Assembly: GCA_963801815.1 (NCBI GenBank)
Contig: CAWDGJ010000002.1
Coordinates: forward strand, 192,001-256,000
Direction: 5' to 3'
Length of the DNA stretch: 64,000 nt
DNA from: an uncultured Verrucomicrobiae bacterium
GTDB taxonomy: Bacteria; Verrucomicrobiota; Verrucomicrobiia; Chthoniobacterales; UBA10450
This document shows, in pieces, positions 8,419 to 18,139 of this stretch. The notes beneath the pieces are model-generated. The model saw only the letters and a program-made list of their open reading frames with translations, had not been told where the DNA came from and searched no databases. The position numbers and the translations under genes are program-made. Numbering within the stretch: the stretch's first letter is position 1; each line of letters starts with the position of its first letter.

Positions 8419-10858
8419 TTAATTCTCGGCGAGCGCGACGGTGGGATTCAGCCGGGCAGCGCGCCGGGCCGGCAAGTAACAAGCAATTAAAGAAACAAAG
8501 ATAAGCAGAAGCGAAATCGCGGTGAACGTGATCGGATCACTCGCGCCGACGCCAAAGAGCAGGTTCGCGATCACGCGGGTGAGCGCGAAGGCGCCGGCGA
8601 GGCCGACAATGACGCCGATCAAGGTCAGCGTCATGCCTTGCCTAACCACAAGGCGAAGGATATCCGATTTCTGCGCGCCGAGCGCCATGCGGATGCCGAT
8701 TTCCTGCGTGCGTTGCGTAACCGAGTAAGCCATGACGCCGTAAATGCCGATCGCGGCAAGAAGCAACGCCGCGCACGCGAAGACGGCAAAGAGCTGCATC
8801 GAAACGCGGCGCGTGCCTAACGAGTTCGCGACGACATCGTCCATCGTGCGGACGTTATAGATTGGCTGGTCCTTGTCGAGCGCCTGCACTTCGCGTCGCA
8901 AAGTGCGAGCGAAGGCGGCCGGATCACCGGCGGTTCGAATCACCAGCCCCATGAAATTCCACTGGGAGTCCTGGGCATGCGGAACGTAGATTTGCATGTC
9001 CCCCTCTCCGGTGAGAGAACGCCGTCTTCGTGTCGCCGACTACACCGACGATTTCGCGCATGAATTCTTCCTCGCGCTTCTGACCTCGGAAAGCAGCCCA
9101 GATGCTGAGGCGTTTGCCGATCGCGGCTGTGGGCGAACCGAAATAACGCTTCGCGGTTGTTTCGTTGATGATTACCACTTTCGGTCCGTCAGCATTGTCG
9201 CGAGGTTCGAAGAAACGTCCCGAAATTAGCGGAATTTGCAGGGCGCGAAAATAATCACCGGTGATGGTGGAGAACATCGCGTCCTTCGCTTCGTCCACCG
9301 TGGGCGGCCGGCCTTCCGGGATGAACCCGCGTCCAATGGCGTAACCACTTGGGTTGAGCGGAAGATTGACGCCGCCTCCGACAGCTTGCACGCCCGGCTC
9401 CGCTTCAAGCCGTTCTATCAGTTGCCGGAAAAATTCCACGCACTGCTGATCATCTTTGTATTTCAGCCCCTGCAACGCCAGTTGGGCGGTGAGAACGTTG
9501 TGCGCGTTGAAGCCCGGCCGCACCTCCTGCAGACGGAGGAAGCTCTTGATGAGCAATCCAGCGCCGACCAGCAGCATCAGCGAGAGAGCAACCTCACCGA
9601 TTAACAGCAGGCTGCGCGCACTTGTCCGGCGATGTCCTTCGCCGCTGCGTCCGCCTTCTTTCAATGCGCTGGTGACGTCGAGCTTCGAGGCTTGAAGCGC
9701 GGGGACGATGCCGAAAAGAATGCCGGTAAGCGCCGAGACGCCGAGAGCGAACGTCAGGACGCGATAATCAATCCCGACCTGCTCGATTCGCGGCGCGCCT
9801 TCGGGCAACATCGACATCAGCACATCGGTTAACCAAATGCTGAGGACGAGTCCCGCAATCCCGCCGATCGCCGAGAGCACAATGCTCTCGGTCAGCATCT
9901 GCCGCAGAACGCGCGAGCGGCTCGCGCCCATCGCGGCCCGGATCGCCATTTCCTTTTGCCGCGCGGCGCTGCGGGCGAGGAGAAGATTGGCTACGTTCGC
10001 GCAGGCAATGAGGAGCACGAATCCGACGGCGCCAAGGAGTGCAAGGAGGGATGGTTTTACCTCGCGAACGAGCCGTTCGTGGAGCGTCGAAAGAAACACG
10101 TCCCAACCTTTGTTCGTCTCGTGAAACTGCTTGTCGAGCTGCGCATTGACGGCGCTGAGACGAGTTTGCGCCTGCTTCAGATCGATACCGGTATTCAGAC
10201 GCGCGACCGCCGACCACACGCGGTTATCGCGCGGTTCGTCCGAGAGATTGACCGCGCTCGGCACCCAAACCTGGGTTTGCTCCGGGTATTCAAACCCCGG
10301 GGGCATCACGCCGATGATTGTGAGGGGCAATGAGCTCATCTCGACCTGTTTTCCGACGATGGCCGGATCAGATCCGAAGCGGCGCTTCCATAAGCCGTGG
10401 CTGATGATCGCGACGGTTTGCGGCCACCCTTTGTCGTCTTCGCGAACGAACGTTCGCCCGAGAACAGGCTGGACCCCGAGCACAGAGAAGAAACCGGTCG
10501 TCACACCGGCGCGCGGCACGCGTTCCGGCTCTGCCCCATCCGCACCAAAGTTAGCAGTACCGGTCCAGTAGGCGGCGGTGCTCGCGAAGAGATCGGTTTG
10601 TTGCGACCAATCAGTAAAGTCGAGAAACGAAATGTTGCTGTCGGTAATGCCCGACGCAGGATTTTTGCCTTCGATGTAGATGATGCGTTCGGCATCCGGA
10701 AACGGAAGCGGACGGAGCAGAACGCCGTTCACGAGGCTGAAGATCGCAGTGTTCGCGCCGATGCCGAGACCAAGTGCGATGACCGCGACTGCGGTAAAGC
10801 CTTTGTGTTTAAAAAGCATTCTGAACCCGTAGCGAATGTCTTGCAGGAGAGTGTTCAT
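8419..10858 (-). CDS. Duplicated MacB/FtsX-type ABC permease (ADOP-like), with one +1 frameshift near 9018
   Basis: LGLGIGANTAIFS, LLIACANVANLLLAR, RTQEIGIRMALGA, YLPARRAARLNP; ORFs 8924-10858 and 8419-8997 join as DTKTASLTGEGDMQIYVP if one base is removed. Confidence 0.88.
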
Positions 10859-10938
10859 TGGTGTCGCGGTTGATTGGTTGGTCGGCCTTCATCACGAGGG
10901 CCACTTTTTGTGTCGAAATACAATGCGCCTTTGGGAAA

Positions 10939-11958
10939 TTACTTGTGTCGCGCGAGAATCAAGAGACCGCGCTCTGCCTGCCACCAATATCCAAAAGCAA
11001 ATCCAAGCTCGGGCGGCGGTGGATTTCGATGATAAATCTCGGCGAGAGCTTGCTGATCGTACTTTCCGAATTTCTCCCCGTGCGGAATGAAGCGGCCGTA
11101 AAATTCGAGCGCCCAGTTTTTCCCAAACGACCGCAACGGAATTCCGGAATCGTCCTGCACAATGCAAGTGCTGTGGCCGAGCAAGAAATCGCGGACGCCC
11201 GAAAAACCTTCGCCGTGCATTAAATACGACGCGGCCTTGATCAAACTGACTCCCGGCGCGCGGGCCGCACACCATCGGAGAAAAGCGTTGCCGCCGCCGG
11301 AGAGATCGGTCTTGAAGTAATACAGAGTTTGCGACCGACCGCCATGACTAAACATGATTTTCACGCCTTCCGCAGGGCTGTGAACGTAAGTAGTATCAAG
11401 CACGGTGCAGCCGAGGCGTGCGAGGAATACGTAAAGAATGGGAACGGTCCCGGTAAGACTGCTGCGACCCAGTTCCGTTTTCATTTCCTCGGTCACGAAA
11501 TAATGCGTGATAAGAAGCGTGCTCATTGAGTCGCGCAGCGCGCCGAGGTTCGCGCTCAATGTGTCTGGACTCATCTTCGCGACGTCCGGCACCTGACCGA
11601 CTGGTTCCAAGCCGGCGAGAATATAAGTGCTCGCGTTTGGGAAAAATGCGTAGGCGTAAAGAAAATCCGGGCCACTAAACATGTAATACATCGTGCCGCC
11701 GCTTCGATAGCATTCAGGCGCATGCGAGCCCATCCAGGTCGCAATCGGTCCCAGCTGAAAGTATTCTTTTGTCTTCCATGCATTGTCCATCGCGGCGGCG
11801 TGTCCCTGCCAGCGGTGATCTTGGGTGAAAGCCGAGAGAGGGCCGTTCACGGGCATACCCGCGAGCAACCGTGCGGTGTCATCGAGGCTCGGAGCAGTTT
11901 GTGCGGGAACTGAACCGACGACCCCGGCCATCGCGAACGCCAACACGAGCTTGTCCAT
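10939..11958 (-). CDS. Secreted hypothetical protein
   Basis: Signal-peptide-like MDKLVLAFAMAGVVGSVPA; motifs YMFSGPDFLYA and KAASYLMH look conserved; function not recognised. Confidence 0.7.
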   Translation of the reverse strand: MDKLVLAFAMAGVVGSVPAQTAPSLDDTARLLAGMPVNGPLSAFTQDHRWQGHAAAMDNAWKTKEYFQLGPIATWMGSHAPECYRSGGTMYYMFSGPDFLYAYAFFPNASTYILAGLEPVGQVPDVAKMSPDTLSANLGALRDSMSTLLITHYFVTEEMKTELGRSSLTGTVPILYVFLARLGCTVLDTTYVHSPAEGVKIMFSHGGRSQTLYYFKTDLSGGGNAFLRWCAARAPGVSLIKAASYLMHGEGFSGVRDFLLGHSTCIVQDDSGIPLRSFGKNWALEFYGRFIPHGEKFGKYDQQALAEIYHRNPPPPELGFAFGYWWQAERGLLILARHK

Positions 11959-12098
11959 CGATTTAACAAAATTCACCGGCGTGCTTTTGCCAGATCGTCG
12001 CGTGTTGAGCAAGGCCTTATCCGCCTGCCGTTTGCACGATCAAAGAAGGAATGAAATTCCCAGCGGAGCAGATTTCTCCCGCATCATAACACTGCCTG

Positions 12099-13040
12099 TC
12101 AAAACTCGTAGGCAATCGTCGCTTTGATCAAAACCGGCGCTGCGATCTGATTGCCTGTGAAGTTTTGATACACCGGAACTTCTACGTCGGCATAGAACTT
12201 TAGCGGATGAACGTCGACTTCGAGTCCTGGAGAAAGCAGGACACGCTGAAAACCTGACGCAACCGGGTGCGCGGACGCACCGCCGCCATCGCTGTCCCGT
12301 TCGGATACTATTATCTGCGCGACCGGAGCCAGCCTGGCGTGATCGACCTGCCAACCGGCGTAATACATTCCAACGGCACTATCCAGCTCCAAGCCTGGCC
12401 GATAATGCTCCTGAGTGAGCACAGGCAGGTCCAGTTCAGTCTGCGCAAACCAGAAAAGTTTCGCGCGAAGATTCACATGGTGTCGGTAAAACCCGCCGAG
12501 CAAGAGATCGGTGCTTCCGGTACCGAGCTGCGTATCGCGGTCCACGACTTTGGAATCGAATTTGTAATCCCCTGTTGGAAGCTTCACGCCGAGATTTACG
12601 CCAGCCGAAAGGTCGGGAGAAAATCCGGTATACAAGCCTTCGATGCGAACATCGCCAAACTGACTCCATCGGTCCGTAACGATCTTGCCCGCGTCGGTCT
12701 CCGTTGTGAAAGATCGAAAATCATACGGCACTTCTAACTGAACGCCCCAGCTTGGGTTAAACAGGTATTGCAACCCGAGGTCGGTGAAGTTGGTCTTGAT
12801 CTGCTTGTCATCATTGTGCGAGGCCGGCGCCGTGGACGTTCCGCTCCAGTTCTGATTTTGGTCTTGGAAATCGTAATCAACGAAAATCATCGCACCTGCA
12901 TGGTTGGGAAACATGGCGCTTGTCCCCACATCGAAAATGTCGCAGCCGCACGCGCAGCCCCACGCAGTTTGGCCACTTGTGAGCGCGGCGAGCGCAGCCG
13001 CGCAAATACTCAACTGAAAAGAATGAAATAGTTTTTGCAT
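12099..13040 (-). CDS. Outer-membrane beta-barrel transporter with N-terminal CACGC motif
   Basis: Signal peptide, CACGC at the mature N-terminus, GVKLPTG and QLGTGSTD motifs, C-terminal AYEF; SD GGAGGA 6 nt before the ATG at 13040. Confidence 0.75.
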   Translation of the reverse strand: MQKLFHSFQLSICAAALAALTSGQTAWGCACGCDIFDVGTSAMFPNHAGAMIFVDYDFQDQNQNWSGTSTAPASHNDDKQIKTNFTDLGLQYLFNPSWGVQLEVPYDFRSFTTETDAGKIVTDRWSQFGDVRIEGLYTGFSPDLSAGVNLGVKLPTGDYKFDSKVVDRDTQLGTGSTDLLLGGFYRHHVNLRAKLFWFAQTELDLPVLTQEHYRPGLELDSAVGMYYAGWQVDHARLAPVAQIIVSERDSDGGGASAHPVASGFQRVLLSPGLEVDVHPLKFYADVEVPVYQNFTGNQIAAPVLIKATIAYEF

Positions 13041-13150
13041 TAAACTTCCTCCAGAATTCCGAATCGCCGAGGGCAAACCGCAGCCCTCTTAAATGCGCGG
13101 AAGCGATCGGTTGTGCACCAGTACGCTACCGCCCTTGTTGGTTTTTGGGA

Positions 13151-13525
13151 TCAGGTCGACTCGGGAGGAGGCGAAGGTGGCGCCCGCGGGGTGGCGGTCA
13201 TTAGCATCACGATCTCGGAATAATTGACCGGGGCGGAAGGCGGCAAGAACTCGAATTCTCTGACCAAACAAATCAAATCTGCCTTTGCTGCGCTGCGCTG
13301 ACTGTCCTGCTTCTTTTCAGCATTCTTCGCTTTACTGACTCGCTTGCACAAATCACACGGATGCGCGCCGGCGAAGGTGCGCTCTACTGCTTCGCAAAAA
13401 GAAACGTGTCGAGCGTTGCGGACCATCATCACGGTCCAGGCGACCGATTGCAGAGCAAACCACTGCAACCCGATCGCCAGGCAAAGGGCAACTACCGTGA
13501 TGGTTCGACTGATAAGGCGAAGCAC
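13151..13525 (-). CDS. DUF2946/CruR-like leader protein (CxxC plus RAPP)
   Basis: Hydrophobic N-terminus, HPCDLCK, C-terminal PRAPPSPPP; GTG start 6 nt after TTGACT-N18-TAGGCT. Confidence 0.75.
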   Translation of the reverse strand: MLRLISRTITVVALCLAIGLQWFALQSVAWTVMMVRNARHVSFCEAVERTFAGAHPCDLCKRVSKAKNAEKKQDSQRSAAKADLICLVREFEFLPPSAPVNYSEIVMLMTATPRAPPSPPPEST

Positions 13526-13625
13526 ATCCAAAGCCTACCAAGCCGGTTGCCCGTAAGTCAAACCACCGGGACCAGACGCACCAATCTCGGCGGTTGAAAA
13601 TTCAGCTTCGGCTAACGGCTGTGAT

Positions 13626-13670
13626 AAAAACAAATCCACCGAGGCCGGACCTGAATCCAACCTCGGTGGA
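13626..13670 (-). terminator. Intrinsic terminator of OMP paralog 1
   Basis: TCCACCGAGG..CCTCGGTGGA stem followed by TTTGTTTTT on the minus strand. Confidence 0.75.
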
Positions 13671-13696
13671 GAAAGCCGATTAGTATTGTGGTCCGT

Positions 13697-14590
13697 TTAG
13701 AAGTGGAAGTTCAAACCGGCGCGAACAATGTTGCCATCGAACTTCGTGCTGGAAGTTGGCCCGGTTGATGTGAACAAAGTGGGAGGAACGTCCGAGTTGA
13801 AGTTGTTCATATGTTTAAGGTGATACGATGCGGTGCCAAGATCGTAATACAGGTATTCGGCCTTGACGCTCCAGCGCTTCCAAAACATAAATTCGAGACC
13901 TCCACCGGCAGTCCAACCGGCCTCGGCTGCCGAGAAAGAGCCGCTGCCCCCGTAAACATTCGGCAGAAATTCTTCATCATTCTCGACAAATTGCCGGATG
14001 CCTGTTCTGGCGTCGACCTGACCATAAGCCAAGCCTCCCGTCCCATAAATAAGCAAACATGGCGTGATGGTGAATCCGATGCGTCCGCGCACCGTACCCA
14101 GATAATCCATCCTTTTCGAAACGGTGGCTTCCTGGAGTATGGGAAATCCGGCAAATCCGGGAACGTCAATGCTGGAATCCGCCTTAGCACGGTGATCGCC
14201 TTCAGTCACCCCCTGGATGTCGACCTCAGGACCAAAGACAATTCTCCATATTTCCCAGTTATACCCCATCTGGCCACCACCTATGAAGCTCTCATAGGAA
14301 TCGTTCAGTGAGAAAGTCGCCAGGTCAGCCGCAGCGATGCCGTAAACTACGCCACCACTGAGGCCGGAATTGCCGAATAAATCGCGGGAGGTAGTATTCA
14401 CTGCGTCGTCATTGCTCCAAAGGCCACCGCCATTCAAGCCGATGTAGAAGCCAGTCCAACTGCACCCGGGCTCGGGCGCAGGCGCAACTTGTTTCATTTC
14501 TTTTCCGCTCGGTTCAGGGCCACCGAACGCGGTCAGGGCAAGCGCAATTGAAGCGCAAACAGTAATGGTTAGGCAGGATAGCTGTTTCAT
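13697..14590 (-). CDS. Outer-membrane beta-barrel (Omp25/RopB-like), paralog 1
   Basis: Signal peptide, SGKEMKQVAPAP..CSWTGFYIG, GGGQMGYN, TVRGRIG, GWTAGGGLE, AEYLYYDLG, C-terminal RAGLNFHF. Confidence 0.88.
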   Translation of the reverse strand: MKQLSCLTITVCASIALALTAFGGPEPSGKEMKQVAPAPEPGCSWTGFYIGLNGGGLWSNDDAVNTTSRDLFGNSGLSGGVVYGIAAADLATFSLNDSYESFIGGGQMGYNWEIWRIVFGPEVDIQGVTEGDHRAKADSSIDVPGFAGFPILQEATVSKRMDYLGTVRGRIGFTITPCLLIYGTGGLAYGQVDARTGIRQFVENDEEFLPNVYGGSGSFSAAEAGWTAGGGLEFMFWKRWSVKAEYLYYDLGTASYHLKHMNNFNSDVPPTLFTSTGPTSSTKFDGNIVRAGLNFHF

Positions 14591-14745
14591 GGAGGTGTTT
14601 TTCGCTGAAATTTTATGTAAGGTCAAGCTCGATCTTTTCCTGGCCACAGACATAATCCCCATAATCCCAAGAATTCGCGCGCCCAGGACGATCTCAATTT
14701 TTTCTTGAAACCTCCGAGCAATTGAAGCGACTAGACGGTGGTCTG

Positions 14746-16167
14746 ATGGCTGAGCGAATTAGAAGATTATTTGCGCAAGCGAGAAAGAGCGCTTTCGCGC
14801 CCGTTGACATTGCCTCGATCGTCTTTTTCAGAATCGCGTTCGGTTTACTGATGGCGTGGCACGCCTGGACCTTTTTCACCGAGCATCGGCTCGCCGGCTA
14901 CTTCCTTGAACCACGTTTGTTGTTCAAATATTACGGCTTCGCGTGGGTTCACCCCTGGCCAGGCGATGGTCTTTACATTCACAAGATCGCCATGGGGATC
15001 TTTGCCTTGTTTATAGCCGCCGGGTTTATTTATCGCGCTAGCGCCGCGTTATTTCTTCTTAGCTATCTTTATTTTTTCCTTCTCGATGAAGCGCGGTATC
15101 AAAACCACGAATACCTCATTTGCCTTTTCAGCTTTCTTTTAATTTTAATTCCCGCACATCGCGCCCTGTCGCTGGACGCAATAGTCAGGCCAGGATTGCG
15201 CGCTCAAACTGCGCCAGCCTGGTCGCTGTGGTTGTTACGCGGACAAATGGGGGTGGTTTACTTTTACGGCGGAATTGCCAAGATTAATCCGGATTGGCTT
15301 CGCGGCGAGCCCATGCGGTGGGTCATGGCTCATCATCTCGATTTCCCGATAATCGGGCAATTTTTCACCCAAGAATGGGCCGTCTACGCCATGAGCTACA
15401 GCGCACTGTTCCTTGATCTTTTCATTGTGCCGTTTCTCCTCTGGCATCGGACCAGGATTGCTGCGTTCTGCGTGGCGGCGCTCTTCCATCTAATGAACGC
15501 ACGGCTTTTTTCGATTGACATCTTTCCCTGGCTTGCGATCGCCGCTACGTCGTTATTTCTTTCACCAGATTGGCCGCGACGCATTGCTTCAATCTTCCAT
15601 CGCAGTACCACGTCCCGCGTCGCATCCGTAGAGATCCCAAGTCAGCGAAAGCAAAAAGTGATTTTTGCTCTGGTGATCACCTATCTGACGATCCAATTTG
15701 TTGTTCCACTTCATCCTTTTCTTTTGTCACGCGGAGGTCAATGGGCGTTGATGCAGCACCGGTTTTGCTGGCGGATGATGTTACAGAAGCAATCGATCCA
15801 GGGATATTTTTACGTTACTGACCCAACCACCGACGGAACCAATCGCGTTGCTCCGCAGGACTTTCTCACGCCGTTGCAAATGGTCCGGATCTACTGGCAG
15901 CCCGATACGGTCCTCCAGTGTGCGCATTATTTGGCGAGAACGATGCCGCGGCTGGGCTCCAAACCGCTTAGCGTGGAAGCGCGAATCTTCGTGTCTGTAA
16001 ACGGCCGACGGCCCGAACTTTTCGTCAATCCAAACATCGATCTCGCTGCCGAATCGAGGAGCCTGTCGCCGCCACGCTGGGTGTTACCGACTCACGAACC
16101 GTTACCACCGCCGGGCAAAGATTTTTCCGGCGATCTCTTTGGGAACGCGATTCAATCAAAGGATTGA
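14746..16167 (+). CDS. HTTM-domain / vitamin K-dependent gamma-carboxylase-like membrane protein
   Basis: FRIAFG, YQNHEYL, YFYGGIAKINPDWL, FCWRMML, SVNGRRPELFVNPNIDLA. Confidence 0.85.
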   Translation: MAERIRRLFAQARKSAFAPVDIASIVFFRIAFGLLMAWHAWTFFTEHRLAGYFLEPRLLFKYYGFAWVHPWPGDGLYIHKIAMGIFALFIAAGFIYRASAALFLLSYLYFFLLDEARYQNHEYLICLFSFLLILIPAHRALSLDAIVRPGLRAQTAPAWSLWLLRGQMGVVYFYGGIAKINPDWLRGEPMRWVMAHHLDFPIIGQFFTQEWAVYAMSYSALFLDLFIVPFLLWHRTRIAAFCVAALFHLMNARLFSIDIFPWLAIAATSLFLSPDWPRRIASIFHRSTTSRVASVEIPSQRKQKVIFALVITYLTIQFVVPLHPFLLSRGGQWALMQHRFCWRMMLQKQSIQGYFYVTDPTTDGTNRVAPQDFLTPLQMVRIYWQPDTVLQCAHYLARTMPRLGSKPLSVEARIFVSVNGRRPELFVNPNIDLAAESRSLSPPRWVLPTHEPLPPPGKDFSGDLFGNAIQSKD

Positions 16168-16225
16168 CCAAGGCGCCTTCAACTAACGAGGAGATAAACA
16201 CAGCTTCGCCAATGCCGTACAGCAA

Positions 16226-16255
16226 ACCACCGAGACCGTAACCGATCTCGGTGGT
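16226..16255. terminator. Hairpin terminator between the convergent HTTM gene and OMP paralog 2
   Basis: ACCACCGAGA..TCTCGGTGGT; homologous to the hairpins after the other two paralogs. Confidence 0.65.
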
Positions 16256-16280
16256 CGATAGATTTATCTTCGCCTAACAG

Positions 16281-17087
16281 TTAGAACTTATAGTTCAGAC
16301 CAGCGCGGAAAATGTTCCCTTCTGTCCCGGGAGCTTTAAAATTGAATCTGCCATCTGGTGTACCAAAAAACGTTGCCTCGCCGCTGAAGCTCTGTTCGCC
16401 CAGTTGATAGCGCAGGTATTCGCCCCTAATAGTCCAGTGGCAGCCGAACATGTATTCGATGCCGCCGCCGCCAGTCCATCCCCAGTTAAAATTGGTCGTC
16501 CCAGCATTGATCCTGTCATCACCACACGCGCCAGTGTCGCAATTATCGATGACGCGGGTTTCCTGATTCACACCGATTCCACCACCGGTGCCGTAAAACA
16601 GCCAGTGGCCGAACGCAACGCCGAGACGTCCTCGGATTGTGGTGTAGAAGTCGCTAGAGGTTTCGCCGTGAGTGTCGCTACCATCAAACCTGGCGGAGGC
16701 CGGTTCGACCCCTCGATCCATCCGTGTTCATGTAACCGAGGTCGCCCTCGATACCGAGGACGAGCCAGTTCCATTGGTAATTGTAACCAATCTGGCCACC
16801 GGCAATCACGCCCGGATTCGTCGTAGCCCCATGGCTGATCAAAGCTCGGATTAGTTTGGTCTTTGAAGCCGACATTGTAATCGTGATCCGACGTCCTCAC
16901 TATGTCCCCACTGACCGCCGATATTCAGACCGATATAAAAACCGGTCCAATTGCACTCCGGCGGAGGCGCGGGTGCGACTTGTTTCATTTCTTTTCCGCT
17001 CGGCAACGGCTCAGGGCCGCCGACTGCGGTGAGTGCCAGCGCGACGCAGGCACAGAAGATAGTTGTTAGGCAAGTTAGCTGTTTCAT
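16281..17087 (-). CDS. Outer-membrane beta-barrel paralog 2 (three +1 frameshifts near 16889, 16810 and 16711)
   Basis: Fragments in successive frames join into MKQLTC..SGKEMKQVAPAP..WTGFYIG..GGQIGYNYQ..TIRGRLG..RAGLNYKF. Confidence 0.75.
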
Positions 17088-17174
17088 GGCGGTCTTTTCG
17101 CCAAAAAACCCGATGAGGTCAAGCCGTTTTTCTTAGGGCGCTTCCCAGGCAAGACCCCGCCCGACACCGAGGGT

Positions 17175-17214
17175 AAAAGAAGCCACCGAGGCCGGATTAC
17201 TCCGGCCTCGGTGG
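17175..17214 (-). terminator. Intrinsic terminator of OMP paralog 3
   Basis: Perfect 14-bp stem CCACCGAGGCCGGA-TTAC-TCCGGCCTCGGTGG, then CTTCTTTT on the minus strand. Confidence 0.8.
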
Positions 17215-17238
17215 ATAAAAGTTTGCTTAGCCTGGAGC

Positions 17239-18067
17239 TTAGAACTTAAAGTTCAAGCCGCCACGGACGATTTCGCCGGACGTATCAAAGTTGTAGCGAA
17301 CGGCGAAAGGCGGGCCCGCAGGAACACCGCCAGTAGCTCTTGCTGCGGTCCGATGCTCATCGCCCAGATCGTAGTGGAGATACTCGGCCCTGACCGTCCA
17401 GTGATTGCTGATGGCGTACTCAATGCCGCCGCCAGCCGTCCAACCGGTCTTGGTCTCGGTGAAATTCGGAAACTGCGGAAGAGCGTGACCATTGTCAAAG
17501 TTAGCTGTTGGCCGGAATAATCGACATTGCCATAGGCGAAGACCACCTGTGCCGTAAATTAACAGCCGGCAAATCGGAGCAAAACCAATTCGTCCGCGGA
17601 CCGTCCCAAGCCATTGCATCGCGTTCGTGCGCGAAAAGAAAAGTGTCCGCGCCCTTTGGCGTCCCGGTGATATCGATGACCGGACTTGGTGCGTCGTGGT
17701 CTTCAATGTCGGTTCCCTGAAAATCGGTTTCGGCGCCGAGCACAAACCATTTGTTAAATTGGTAGTTGTATCCAAGCTGGCCACCACCAATAAATCCATC
17801 CGGATCGGATGTCAGCAGTTGTAGGCTCCAGCGAGACCGAAGGTCACCGCATCAGGAAGCGGTTCAAAATCGGTATCGGCATTACCCCAGCCGTAGCCCA
17901 GCGTTGCCACCGAGGTAGAAACCGGTCCAGGTAAAATCACATTCCGGCGAAGGCGCCGGTGCGACCTGTTTCATTTCTTTCCCACTGTACGTTTCCGTTC
18001 CTGCAATTGCGCTGGTTATCATAGCGCCGGCGAAAACGACACCCATTAAACGAACTAGCTGTTTCAT
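17239..18067 (-). CDS. Outer-membrane beta-barrel paralog 3 (multiple frameshifts)
   Basis: MKQLVRL..SGKEMKQVAPAPSPECDFTWTGFYLGGN, later WLGTVRGRIG, GWTAGGGIEY, RGGLNFKF in shifted frames. Confidence 0.7.
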
Positions 18068-18139
18068 GCGGCCTGATTCGAGCAAGATCGACGCCAGTCA
18101 ACCGACTGAAATGCCCTGTTTTTTGGGTCGGTCTTTTCC

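Noticed and set aside
8214..8420. Genomic island integrated at tRNA-Asp (or at tRNA-Gln)
   Set aside because: No integrase and no duplicated tRNA 3' end were seen; only an AT-rich hairpin (about 8291-8307) follows tRNA-Asp.
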